From Mobula hypostoma (lineage: Eukaryota): a stretch of 64,000 nucleotides of DNA. The stretch is taken from NCBI RefSeq assembly GCF_963921235.1, contig NC_086097.1, positions 127,784,001 to 127,848,000 of the forward strand. Direction: 5' to 3'. Shown in pieces: positions 37,801-50,382 of the stretch. The notes beneath the pieces are model-generated. The model did no database searches and was not told the DNA's origin. It saw only the letters and a list, made by a program, of their open reading frames with translations. Position numbers and translations under genes: made by a program. Within the stretch, counting starts at the first letter, position 1; each line of letters starts with the position of its first letter.

Positions 37801-37904
37801 CAACAGGTGGACCTGTCCCACCTTGGTGTGGAGAAGTTGAGTCCCGGCTTGTCTAAGGATAAGTCCCAGCTCTATGTTGATGTTTGGTTCCCAGTCTGTC
37901 TCTG

Positions 37905-38370
37905 AGCTCCAAGAACCCCAACCTTGAGGATCCCTCAGCCAAGCTCCAAGAACCCCAGCCTCGAGGATCCCTCAGCCAAGCTCCAAGAACCCCAGCCTCG
38001 AGGATCCCACAGCCAAGCTCCAAGAACCTCAGCCTCGAGGATCTCGCAGCCAAGCTCAAGATCCAAGAATCCAAGCCTCGAGGATCCCACAGCCAAGCTC
38101 AAGACCCAAGAACCCAAGCCTCGAGGATCCCACAACCAAGCTCAAGACCCAAGAACCCAAGCCTCGTGGATCCCAAACCAAGCTCAAGACCTAAGACCCC
38201 AAGCCTCGAGGATCCCAAACCAAGCTCGACCCAAGACCCCAAGCCTCGAGGATCCCAAACCAAGCTCAAGACCCCAAGCCTCCAGGATCCCAAACCAAGC
38301 TCAAGACCCAAGACCCCAAACCTCGAGGATCCCAAGCCAAGCTCAAGACCCAAGACCCCAGCCTCAAGCC
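37905..38370. repeat. Minisatellite, ~34-41-bp unit, about a dozen copies
   Basis: Recurrent CAAGCTC(C)AAGA(CCCAAGA)ACCCCAGCCTCGAGGATCCC. Confidence 0.9.
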
Positions 38371-40310
38371 ATGTCATGTCCCTGCCTGGTTCTGGGGTCC
38401 GAGCCCAAGGCAGGACGCAGGTTCTGGGTCCTTGTCCAGTCTCGGGCTCAGAGTACGGGCCTTATCTTTTATCCAAGCTCAGGCTTCTAGACCCCAGCCA
38501 CGTCCTGTCCTGAAGCCATAGCATGTCCTTGCCTGGTTCCGGTGTCCAAGCCTGAGGCAAGACCCAGGTTCTGGGTCCTTGTCCAGTCTCAGGCTCAGAG
38601 TCCAAGCCTTGTCTCCTAGTCCATGGTTCCTAGTCCTGGTCCCGCTTTCCCTAGCCCAAGTCTGCATTCTTGTCCCTGCTCCTGGTCTGAATCCTGTCAT
38701 GTTCCTACTCTAGTCAAGTCCTGTTCCTTGTACTTCAGTGTCTGTGTCTTGCACTTGGGTCCGTTCCCAGCACCTATTGTGACATTTATGTATTTCTTTA
38801 ATCTGCTGTTTAGCTATAAAGGTTTTAATTTGATTAGCCAATAATTTACCTGTTTTGTCTCCATGAATATAAAATTGACTCTTATCTTTGAGGAGTTGAG
38901 TTTCAATTGGATAAGTTAAAAGGAGATCATATTTAGTTTTAATTTCAACACACCTTTTATATAAAGCAGGATCTGGAACCAAGGCATACTGTTGGTCTAA
39001 TTTTTTCAACTGCTTGGGTAAATCACTTTTCTCTTTATCAGCTTTTTTCTTAATACTTGCAGTATAAGAAATAATTTGTCCTCTAGTATATGCCTTAAAG
39101 GCATCCCATCTGATAAGGCTAGAAGTCTCCTCTAACATATTCTCTTCAAAAAAAAAGAGTAATTTGTCCCTCCATAAACTTTAAAAAATCTTTATCAGAT
39201 AACAAAGTTAGATTAAAATGCCAAAACCTGTTTGTTTGAAGAAGGCCAGGGAGATTTAAAGATAAGAGCACAGGAGCATGATCTGAGACAACAATCTCTT
39301 TATATTCACAGGATCAAACTAGTGGAATCATTTGGCTATAATAAAAAAGTAATAAATCTTGGAATTTGTATGATGGACATGAGAGAAAAACAAATATTCC
39401 CTGTCTACTGGATAAAAAAATGCCAAACATCAACAATACTACATTTCATTAGAAAAGATTTAATAAACACAGCTGATTTATTTGGTATCACTAGTTTAGA
39501 AGATGAATGATCTAAAGCTGGATCTAAACAACTATTAAAATCTCCCATCACCAATGAGTACAGACTCAGATCTGGCAAACATGAAAAAAATGCTCAAAGA
39601 AGACTGGGTCGTCTATATTCGGAGCATACACATTGGCAAATACCATTAATTTGTTATCTGGCTTCCCTGATACTATAACAAAAAGCCTATTAGTATCAGA
39701 AATCACTTCGTTGAACAAAGGAAGCTTTATTATCTATAAGGATCGAAACACCTCTGGCTTTGGACTGAAACGAAGAATGGAAATGAGATTCTTTCCATCA
39801 ATTAAAAAGGCGTGAATTGTCACATTTACGTACATGAGTTTCTTGAAGAAAAACAATTGGTACCTTAATTTTTTTTAATATAGGCAAAAATTATATTTCT
39901 TTTCACAGGGAGATTTAGCCCTTTCACGTTAAAACTAAATAAATTAATACTTTGATCCATTTTAAAACTGTTTATAAGAAAAGTTAAAGTAGCAATCAGA
40001 AAAATATAAATTAAACCCAAATAATAAACCTTGAGATATAATCGCTAAGCAACAAAGTTGACTAAATTTCCAAATCAGCTTCAAGAAAAAGAACTCCCCA
40101 TCCCCCTCCCTCCTCCCAAAGAGAGAAAATCAACCAAAAGGCAGCCGCGCCTACCCCCACTAATATCATCTCCCCAGAAAAGCCTGCTGCAACTGCTCCA
40201 AAGAATTCAAGGTTGATTACTGTTCCAACCAAGACAAAGCAAAATGCAGTAAAAGATAAGCTTATGCAGTTTTACCAAACAAAAGAAGCAATTATTCATA
40301 CTGAAAAATA

Positions 40311-41102
40311 TTAAACAGTTATATTTCTAAGTCTAAAAATTTTTGTGCCTCTTTGTTTGTAAGAAACCATTTCTTTAAGCCATCTTGCATTGTAATTCTC
40401 CAGCCGAGCTGGATAGCGAAGGGAAGACTTGAAGTTTTTGCTGCAAAGTTCTGCCATAACATTTTTAAACGTAGCACGTTCTTCCATAACTTCCGATGAG
40501 AAATCTTCAATAATACCAATCTTCTGACCCTTGTAGTCAATCGTACCTTTCCGACGGGATTCACGAATCAAAAGGTCCTTTGTCTGAAATTCATGAAAGC
40601 ATATAATGACTGATCTTGGTCTTGATTCTGAAGTCGATCTACAAATATGCGATCTGTGAACATGATCAATCAAAGGTAAAGACTGTATAATATCAGGGAA
40701 TAATTCCATCAGAAGGTTTGCAAAGAATTCCTTAGGATTATATCCTTCCGTCAACTCTTTAAATCCCAAGATTCGTAAGTTGTTTCTTCTATTTTCCAAA
40801 TCAATAATCTGCTGCCTAGTTTTCCGTTGGACTTGGATTGTTTTTCATACAGCTTTGGCAGATTATCAGTTTTCTTACCCATTATCGTTATAATCTCTTC
40901 ATGCTCTTTTATCCTCTTATCATGCTCGATTAAAGTTTCTTGAATAACGTCCAGTTTTGTACCTATTTGTTTAACTTCAAAGCTGATTTGTTGTGAATCG
41001 GCCGACACTTCTTTTCTGAAACTCCTCGGTAAGCTTTTGCGAGTCTGTAGAAAGCTTTTGAAGCAAGCCCATAATAGATTCCAAAGTTGCTTTGGTAGCC
41101 AT
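40311..41102 (-). pseudogene. L1 ORF1
   Basis: Coiled-coil region followed by ENRRNNLRILG, IDHVHRS, PRSVIICFH, IIEDFS and LRYPARL. Frameshifted. Confidence 0.88.
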
Positions 41103-42414
41103 AGTAAGATAATAACATGTTTAACTGTAATATTTCAAAAGGTTGGAAACAAAAAAAGGAAGTAAACTAGGAGCACCGGGAAAGACCTGTTACTCCATCA
41201 GCGACCAGCAGGCCAATCTTTTTTATTTCTGATTTCTTTTTTTTACTAATGTCTCTTTTGTATACCTTGTTCATTGTCTTGTATAATTTATGGACAATTT
41301 ATGATGTTCTGTGAGTGTTGTCTGAATCTCTGTGCCTGTGATGCTGCAGCAAGTAAGTTTTCATTTTGCTTGTACCTCACTGTATTTGTATATACAATAT
41401 GACGATAAATTCGACTTTGACTTCCTTGCTGGATATATATCTCGGAAGAACTGTGGGAATACCTTGACTGCCCAATGCTGAGTGTCTCAAGGGGGATGTT
41501 TATCACTGTCCAGGACCATTGGAGATATGCAGTTAGTGCTACTCTTATAAACATCCCCATATCTTGTGAACAAATGAAAAAAAAAACCTTTTATCACAAT
41601 TTTAAGCACTGGTTTTCCAATGACACGTTAATAGAAATGAGTCTACTGCCAGGATCACATACATGTAAACCACAGTTTGACATTTGTATAAATCTTTCAG
41701 TATAATAATGTAAGCCTGGATTTACAGTACATATTCTAAATCTGGGTTGGTTTAGAATATATAATCTATTTACAATCGAGGTGTACATTAGAGGTGGCTA
41801 TTAACTGAGCTGGGTTGATGGACAATAGGTAATAATCTGTCAGAAAATAAAGCTATTCTGATAAGCTTAGATGACATACAGTACAAACATAGTTTATACA
41901 AAAATAAAAGGCTAGTCTTCCTCTGATTTATAGAAGAGTGTACTCCTTAAATCTTCTCCTTAAATAGTCCAGTTGTTTAATAACTAAGAAGTCACTATGG
42001 CAATGGGATAAAGAATGGATCGTTGCAGAAATTCCAGGAACTTTGCCAACAATGTTTGACTTGAGTCTCCTTTCTGAATTTTGTGGATGGACGGTTGAGC
42101 ACAAAAGTATTGCCACTCTACTTTGGAGAGCATGTTTTCTTGAGACTGTAGGAAGCTGAAGATCCTTTAAAAAAAACAGTGGTATAAAACTTGTCTTTTC
42201 CACCAGAGAGTTGAAGGGCAGATATTGAATAAAGAAGCCATGTTGGATTCGTGACCTTTGCTCCTTTACATTCTTGTGAAGCCAACAGTAGAAGCAAGAC
42301 CTGCTCTGTGGATTTGGATTCAATGAGCAATAACTTTTCTGGTTTGGTAATTTCCCCAGGGCTTCTGAATTTCACTTGAGAAATGGCTGGTTAAGGGTGA
42401 GATGTGACTACTTA

Positions 42415-44860
42415 GAAAGCTGCATGAAAACATCAAGTGGGCCAGAATGAAAATGAAACCCAGCAAGTCATGAAGCATCTCCATAGTCAAGGGAATGCGG
42501 AAAGACAAACTTCTTCATTGGTGATGACCCAGTTCCAACAGTGTCTGAACAGCCTGTCTAAAGCAGAAACTGGAAGAGCACCTGGAAAAGATTCACATTG
42601 ACTTGAAAAGACAGGAACATATGATCATTCCATCCAAAATCCTGCCAATTCAGCACCCTGCCTCCCCCCACCCCGTCCCCCACCTACCACGGATTTTGAC
42701 CCACCAAAATGGAGAGAAGTGGAAAAGGCAGTCCAGCGGGCAAGAGCGGCATCTGCTCCCAGGCTTAATGGAGTGTCATAGAGGCTTTATAGAAACACAG
42801 TGGGCAGCTTATGGTTTCTTTGGAGGTTCATGAGAGTAGTGTGCCAGAGGTTAATAACACCCACAGTGTGGCGAAGGGCTGGCAGAGTCCAGATTCCAAA
42901 AGAAAAGGATACAGAAACATCAGTTAGTTTCAACCAATTTACCTTCTGAATGTCGAGGCGAAAGTCTTCACTGAAATAGCACAGAGCCTGGCCAGCTACC
43001 TGGAGAGAAACAAGTACATTGATACATCTGTACAGAAAGCAGGAATTCCAGGGTTCTCTGGGTGTTTGGAACATACAAGCATGGTATGGCACCAGATCCA
43101 AGCATCTAGGAAGCATGAAAGAAATCTCTATGTGATCTTCCTGGACTCCCCAATGCATTTGGCTCAATTCCCCATGCATTCCTCAGGGAAGCATTTGACT
43201 TCTTCCAGAAACCAGAGCCCATCACTACGCTGGTGAAGTTGTACATCCAAGACCTGCAATTGTGCTTCACAATAGCAGATTTTACCACAACATGGCAGAC
43301 TGGAAGCTGGCATTATGGCAGGTTGCACTATATCACCCCTGGCATTCACAATGGCCACGGAGATCATTGTCAGGGCTTCAAGATGGGTGGTAGGTGGTGA
43401 AAGAACAAGTGCTGGACTTCACCTTCCCCCTGTTAGGGCGTACATGGATGATATAACAACACTGACCACCGTTGCAGAATGCACCAAGTGAATACTTGGA
43501 AAGCTGCAGGAAAACATCAAGTGGGCCAGAATGAAAATCAAATCAGCAAGTTATGAAGCATCTCCGTAGTCAAGAGAATGCTGAAAGACATAAAGTTCTT
43601 CATCGGTGACGAGGCAATTCCAGCAGTGTCTGTACAGCCTGCCAAAAGCCTAGGTAGATGATACAATGCCAGCCTCACGGACAAAGAGCAGGTGCAGCAA
43701 CTAAGGCAAAACAGCCTGGATAACATTGAGAAGACCGTGATTCCTGGAAAACTGAAGCGCTGCTGATTACAGTTTGGATTCCTACCCTGGGTGATGTGGC
43801 CACTCACTGTCTATGAGGTCCCACTAACAACGGTGAGGAAGCTCGAGCGAACCATCACATCACAGCTTAGTGTCCAGGATGTATCAGTAACATCAGCCTC
43901 TATGGTAAAGGAGTCCATGAATTACCTTTCAGTGGCCTAATAGAGGAATTCAAGTGTTCTAAGGTGCATCTACAGATGACACTCAAAGACTCTTGTGACA
44001 AGACCATTAGTAACACTGCATTGACCTTATTAACTGAGCGCAAATGGACCCCAGCCGAGGCGGTGCAGCGAGCAACAGCAGCCCTTAGGCATAAGAATAA
44101 TTGTGCAGCAAGTCCAATAGGGCAGGGGCAGCTTTGGTCTGGCAGCAAGTGGCACAAGGCCACAATTCCAGAGCGACGGAAGATAGTTGTCGAGGAAGTG
44201 CGGCAACAATAAGAGTCAGATGGAAGTGCATCGGCTGTCTGCCTGGCTACACAGGGGCAATGGATGTGGTGGGGAAGCATTGAGAGGAGAAAAGTCAGCT
44301 GGAAGGACATATGGGAGCTGGAAGCAAACAGACTTAGCTTTCTCATCACAGCTACATATGATGTGCTTCCCTCACAAAAAAAAAGCCCCCACCAGTGGTT
44401 CGGTGAAGACCCAACTTGTTCCCTGTGCCTGATTCCGGCAACCCTCAAGTATATCCTGGCAAGATGCAAAACCAGCTTCACACAAGGCAGATACACATGG
44501 CATCACAACCAGGTTGGTAGTCATATCCACCATCAAGTTGCTGAAGGAGCCAGGGATTCATGGTCAGTGGTGGCGGAGTGGAAAGAGGCAGTCACTGGCT
44601 TAAGATCAAGCAAAAAGATCTCTCCTGGGCTCCACGATGGCATCAAGGGAGTGGAAAGACACAATGGGGAATGACTCTGGGATGCCAGAAATCATCATTG
44701 AGCCCTCTGGAGGTGTAATGGGCTAATCGATGAAACATCGAGGAAGGAGGGTGCCCACTTGAAAACCCCTGTGCGTCAGCTCTATGCCACTCCCAACATC
44801 AAGGCAGTCTCGAGCAAGTGCTCATGACCCATTGGCACGAGGGATATTAACATCTTATCC
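42415..44860 (+). mobile_element. HERO-like (restriction-like endonuclease group) non-LTR retrotransposon, decayed
   Basis: LYVIFLDSPNAFGSIPH, GIMAGCTISPLAF, PPVRAYMDDIT, FLITATYDVLPS and CSLC...ILARC...GRYTWHHNQV. The endonuclease region appears largely deleted. Confidence 0.8.
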
Positions 44861-46427
44861 GGTGTTTTTTGATTTTGTGGCAAGAAGATGCATCGGATCA
44901 GGAATTCTTATGAATGGGAAATGCAATAGAAAAGATGCACCCTCACCAACCCAAGAATATTAAGCACCAAATTTTTCATATGTTGCAGTAGCTGGCCAGG
45001 AAGTTGATGCACCTTTTCTGAAGATGCTGTTTTAATTGTTATATGAAGAGTCTTGCTTAATCATTAGTCTGCGTATACCATGGCGATGGCATGACTTTTC
45101 TGTTCAAATTTGAATTGTTTTAATCAATCTTCATTAACATTTGATGAAAAAAAATCTCCTGATGTTTCATGCTTTTGGAAGATACATGGAAGGATAGTTT
45201 TTCTTTACCTCATTTAAAGAAGAAAGTATATGTGCAAATCAGTTTCACTGAAGTATGTTTTTGCGCAGTGCATTGAACAGATGCGTGTAGCAACCGACAG
45301 TAATTAACAGAAAAGAAGGTTGGAATGGATAGCTTGGATATCATTGCCCTCAGCTTTTAGAATCCTAAGTCTTGGAGTTCTAGAAAGATGCTTAAACCGG
45401 ACTACTCAGCATCCTTCTTTCCCTCTGCTCAAAATCTACCTTCCTGACCAAGGAATGTGCTTGGTTTATTCCTTCAGTGTCTCAAAGTCAGATTTTGCTT
45501 GAAGTGGAATGCAACCCAAGAGGTTTGTTATATCAAGGAGACTATGGGAATATTAATGCACAAGCAAAGGTCACGCACAATGGAAACGATTTGCCTTTTG
45601 TGACCACAATTTCCGATCATAAGCTAAATGGATCCATACATACATATTCAGATCATGGGAATGAAAATAGGCAGGGCATTTTCAGATGTAAATAAAAACA
45701 GAAAAAGCTAGAAATAATCAACAGGTCAGGAAGAGAAACCAAATTAATGTTCATGTTATTAAATTCAGGTAATTAAAATTCATATCATATAAGTCAGTGA
45801 TAATAATTTATCAAGAAACTGTCAAGATGGCAGCTATAAGCATCGACTGAGTGCAACTCCAAAGGGAACTATCAAATATTTCTACTGAGGACTAATACAG
45901 CTGAAATCCACATTCACAGCCATGGGTTCTTCAGTAAGCAACATAGTTTTAAGACAATTAAAAAATTTATTGATACTCAAAATCAACATATCCTGGACTG
46001 CAGACGCAGGTCGCGAATGCAGTTACCCTTTAGGAAAATGGAAGCATGGAGTCCAAGCCAATCCACAGGTACAATTGAAACACAGAGGCTTTAAACCCCC
46101 GCTCCCGACTATCCTGCTGGGGAATGTACAATCTCTGGAAAATAAAACCGAAGACCTCAGAGCAAAATTGCTGTACAAGAGGGGCATCAGGGACTGCTGT
46201 GTACTTTGCTTCTCAGAAACATGGCTATCCCCTGCCATTTCAGCCATAACTCTGCAGCTTGATGGCTTTACCATTCTCTGCAAAGACAAGAAGGTCAGTC
46301 TTTTAAAGACAAAGGATGTGGAGTATGCATTATGATTAACTCATCTTGGTGCACAGATGTGGCCACTCTGTTTCAGTCCTGCTCACCTGACCTCGAACAT
46401 CTAGGAGTCAAGTGTCATCTATTTTTA

Positions 46428-47093
46428 GAGTAGATTAGATTATGAGGACACTCAGTCCATGTTTATTGTCATTTAGAAATGCATGCATTAAAAAATGATA
46501 CAATGTTCCTCCAGAATGATATCACAAGAAACACAGGACAAACCAAGACTAAAACTGACAAAACCACGTAATTATAGCATATAGTTACAACAGTGCAAAA
46601 CAATACCGTAATCTGATAAAGAGCAGACCATGGGCATGGTAAAAAAAAGTCTCAAAGTCCCGATAGCCTCATCATCTCACGCAGATGGTAGAAGGGAGAA
46701 ACTCTCCCTGCCATGAACTTCCAAGCGCCACAAACTTGCCGATGCAGCACCATTGGAAGCACTTGACCGCAGTGGACTCTGAGGCCGTCCAAAAACTTCG
46801 AGCCTCCGACCAGCCCTCCGAAACCGAACACCATCCTTTGCCGAGCGTGTCGACCCTGCCCCGGCTGCTGAGCAACAAGCAAAGCCGAGGACTCGGGGCC
46901 TTCCCCTCCGGAGATTTCGAACCACACAGTAACAGCAGCAGTGAAGCAGGCATTTCAGAAGTTTCACCAGATGTTCCTCCGTGCTCTCACGTCCGTCTCC
47001 CATCAAATCAGAATTGTGCACGGCACCCTACTTGACAAATAACAGACATCACCACCGGAGTGGCCGCTGCAAGCTGCGCGGCGCCGCCATCTT
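46428..47093 (-). mobile_element. Non-autonomous retroposon with (ATCTA)n tail
   Basis: Minus strand starts AAGATGGCGGCGCCGCGC and ends CATAATCTAATCTA. It is CpG-rich and interrupts the Rex endonuclease region. Confidence 0.7.
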
Positions 47094-49365
47094 CTCCTCT
47101 CCTGAGGGAGTTTTCCAACATCATCCTGGTTCCACCTCAGGCCAACATCAGGCGGGCACCTGAGGAGCAAATCTTCATAATCAGCAGGCACGAGACTGCA
47201 CATCCTGATGCCTTCGCTATCATTGCAGGGGATTTCAACCAGGTCAGCTGGAAGAAGTCTGAACAACTACCACCAACTTATCACCTGTGGAACCAGAAGA
47301 GCCAACACACTTGATGGTGTTATATCACCATCAAGAATATCTGCCATACCATCCCACACCCACGCTTTGGAAAGTCTGGTCAGCTAGATGTATTTTTAAA
47401 TCTAATACTCCCAGCATAGAGGCAGAGATCAAAGACCACAGCACCAGTGGTGAGGACCAAGAACAAGTGGTCAAGGAGCAGTTAGAGGACTGTTTTGAGT
47501 GGGTGGATACCAAATATTCAGGGGTTCATCTTTAAATCTGAATGAATACGCCACAGTTGTCACCAACATCATCAAGGTCTGTGTGGATGAGTGTGTGCTT
47601 TTGAGAACATATCAGCCAGATCCAAACCAAAAGCTATGGGTGAACCAGAAGATTCGTAGTCTCCTGAGAGCTGGATCTGTGGTAGTCAAGATTGGTGATC
47701 CAGAATTATACAAGAAGTGCAGGTATGACCTACGGATGGAAGGCTGTTTTGACAGCAAAAAACATACTGATTGAGGTGAGAGACTTAAGTCTGATGCATG
47801 TCAACTCTGGTAGGACTTGCAGGCCATTACTTCCTACAAAGTGAATCCTAATATGAATGGTTATAATGCTTTGTTCCCAGATGAGCTCAATGTCTTTTAT
47901 GTACGTTTTGAAAGGGAGAATAAAAGCACACCTGTGAGAATCCCAGCAGCATCTGGTGACCCTGTGATCTCTGTCTCGGAGGCTGACATCAGGCCACTTT
48001 TCAAGAGGGATCAGGTGTAGCTAGTAGGGCTCTGAAAACCCATGCCAACCAACTGGTGAGAGTGTTCAAGGACATCCTCAATCTCTCACTGCTGCAGTCA
48101 GAGACTCCTACTTGTTTCAAAAGGACAACAATCGTACCAGTGTTGAAAAGAGCAGGGTGAGCTGCATCAGTAGCTATTGCCCAGTGGCACTCATGTGTAA
48201 TGTTACATAGCGCTGTGAGATGCTGATCATGGCTAGAATCAACTCCTGCCTAAGCAGGGACCTGAACCAGTTGCAATTTGCCTATCGCCACAATAGGTAC
48301 ACAGCACATGTAATCTCGCTGGCTCTCCACTGAGCCTCGAATCACCTGGACAATAGTACTACCTATGTTAGGCTGCTGTTTATTGATTACACCTCAACAT
48401 TCAACACAAAAGTACCCTCAGTTCTAATCAACAAGCTCCAAAACCTGGACCACTGTATCTCCCTCTACATCTAGATCCTTGATTTCATCACAGTTTATGC
48501 AGATTCAGAATAACACCTCTTCACTGATAATGAACTCTGGCGCTCCTTCATGCTTAGCTAACTGCTCTACTCTCTCTACATCCATGACTACGTGGTTAGA
48601 CACAACCCAAAGGTCATCTATAAATTTACTGATGTCACAACTATTGTTGGCAAAATTTCAGATGGTGATAAGGAGGCGTACAGGAGTGAGATAGAACTGC
48701 TGGTTGAGTGGTTTTGCGAAAACAACCATGCACTCAGCATCAGTAAGACCAGGGAATTGGTTGTGGACTTCAGGAAGGGGGAGTTGGGGGAACACATACC
48801 AGTTCTCATCGAGGGATCAGCAGTGGAAAGGGTGAATCAATCCAAGTTCCTGAGTGTCAGCATTTCTGAAGAGCTATCCTGGACCCAACATATTGATTCA
48901 ATTACAAAGAAGGTACAACAGTGGCTATATTTCATTAGGAGTTTGAGGTGACTTGGTATGTCACCAATGACACTCGTAAATTTCTACAGGTGTTCCATGG
49001 AGACCATCCTCACTGGTTGCATCACCATCTGGTATGGAGGGGCCACTGCACTGGATCAGAAAAAAACTGCAGATATTTGTAAACTCAGCCAGGCTCCATC
49101 ACGGGAAGTAGCCTTCCCAGCAACAAGGATTCCTCCAAAAGGCAATGCCTCAAAAAGGCGGCATCCACCATTAAGAACCCCCATCACCTAGGACATGCCA
49201 TTTTCTCATTGCTACCATCAAGCAGGAAGTACAGGAGACTGAAGACCACACTTACTGTTTCAGAAACAGCTTCTTCCCCTCTACCATTAGATTTCTGAAT
49301 GAACACTACACCACTATTGTTTCCTCTCTTTTTGCATTAATTATTGAATTTATTTTTTTAATATA

Positions 49366-50382
49366 CAGTGGATTCCAGTTAATACAGACACATTAGGACC
49401 AGTATATTTTGGCCAATTAAGCGGCTGTCTAAATTAGCCAAAGTTTCATGGAAAAGGTATGAAAAAGGCATATCATTTAACTGAGTAACAATTTATATAT
49501 GTAAATGAAGTACAGAACAAACTAGAACACCACCAATACCTCTATAGTAGCATAAAACTGTGTATTGGTTCTAATAGTTATCAATGGAGGAATTGATCTG
49601 CTATGTTCTTTTGACTGACTAAATGAACAAAATTGGCACAGACACCTATTGCCGATAATGGACTGCCTTAGTCTTTAAGGACAGCCTAAATGCTTTAGAC
49701 AGTTGAGTCTTCCCAATCTACATTTTCTTATACCATTCAAGATTATTGTTGATACCTTCGTAATTCCTAACTTGTTGAAGTAGTGAAATCATTTCATTTT
49801 TCTTCTGGACATTTCTGGCATCACTAAACCTCAATGCTTGAAATCACAGTGAGAAAAACAGTTCCCTTACTGCTAATTTCTCACCAACTATCTTTTGTTT
49901 GGTAATATTTGAGTAATACAGGTATTTTAAATATATTGGCTGGTTAAGTATTCTTTGTGTTTACATAATGCATTGCGGGTTATAAGTAAAAGTGCATAAT
50001 AATGCACATGTCTTGCTAAAAGTAAAAACGAAACTAACACACACAAGTTATCCTGGCTCTGTGTTTTTCTTTTAATTAGTTTAATGTTTTGTAGTTACAA
50101 AACATAACACTATCAGTGACAAAAATCGCTGCTTTTTGAACACAAACACATGCAAGTGATGCTATTTAAAAACTGATTGCTCTAAGCATGGTGTAGTGTA
50201 CAACTGGCACATGACTGACGCTGGTTAGAAACTATTCGGCAGCAGCCTCCCGCCTTCCCCCCTCCCCAATTAAGTAGCATTTGTCCCAAATAAACAAAGG
50301 GAATCCCAACTATTTTTTTGATTTAGATTTTCTTCTTTAGGCTCCCTGAGTCACTGATGGCGCAATTAACTGGAATCCACTG
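49366..50382 (-). mobile_element. Tigger/pogo-like non-autonomous element (same family as 100-882)
   Basis: TIRs CAGTGGATTCCAGTTAAT / ATTAACTGGAATCCACTG with a TA TSD on both sides. The interior is the reverse complement of the first copy. Confidence 0.88.

Larger units (their letters stand above)
37013..38784. mobile_element. Solo LTR (Gypsy-like) containing tandem repeat arrays
   Basis: Termini TGTCATG...TGTGACA and 5-bp TSD TTTAC/TTTAT (37008-37012, 38785-38789). L1 ORF2 resumes on both sides. Confidence 0.8.
34450..39960 (-). pseudogene. L1 ORF2 (APE endonuclease-RT-cysteine domain)
   Basis: Starts MDQSINLFSFNVKGL. Contains KAPGPD, YRPISLL, EKAFDRV, SLYADD, GGLALP and C..C...HMFWTC, with many frameshifts. 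Confidence 0.9.
34144..41215 (-). mobile_element. Full-length L1-clade LINE (decayed), interrupted by a solo LTR
   Basis: 15-bp TSD ATCTTTTTTATTTCT at 34129-34143 and 41216-41230, with an A-rich tail on the minus strand. ORF1 and ORF2 (EN, RT, CCHC) motifs are present. Confidence 0.93.

Noticed and set aside
37905..38370. CRISPR-like array of palindromic ~35-40-bp repeats
   Set aside because: Units are contiguous with no unique spacers, there are no cas genes, and the array lies inside a eukaryotic LTR-like insert. It is a minisatellite.
37884..38513. 209-aa and 188-aa Pro/Ser/Gln-rich ORFs
   Set aside because: Open frames are a by-product of the stop-poor tandem repeat.
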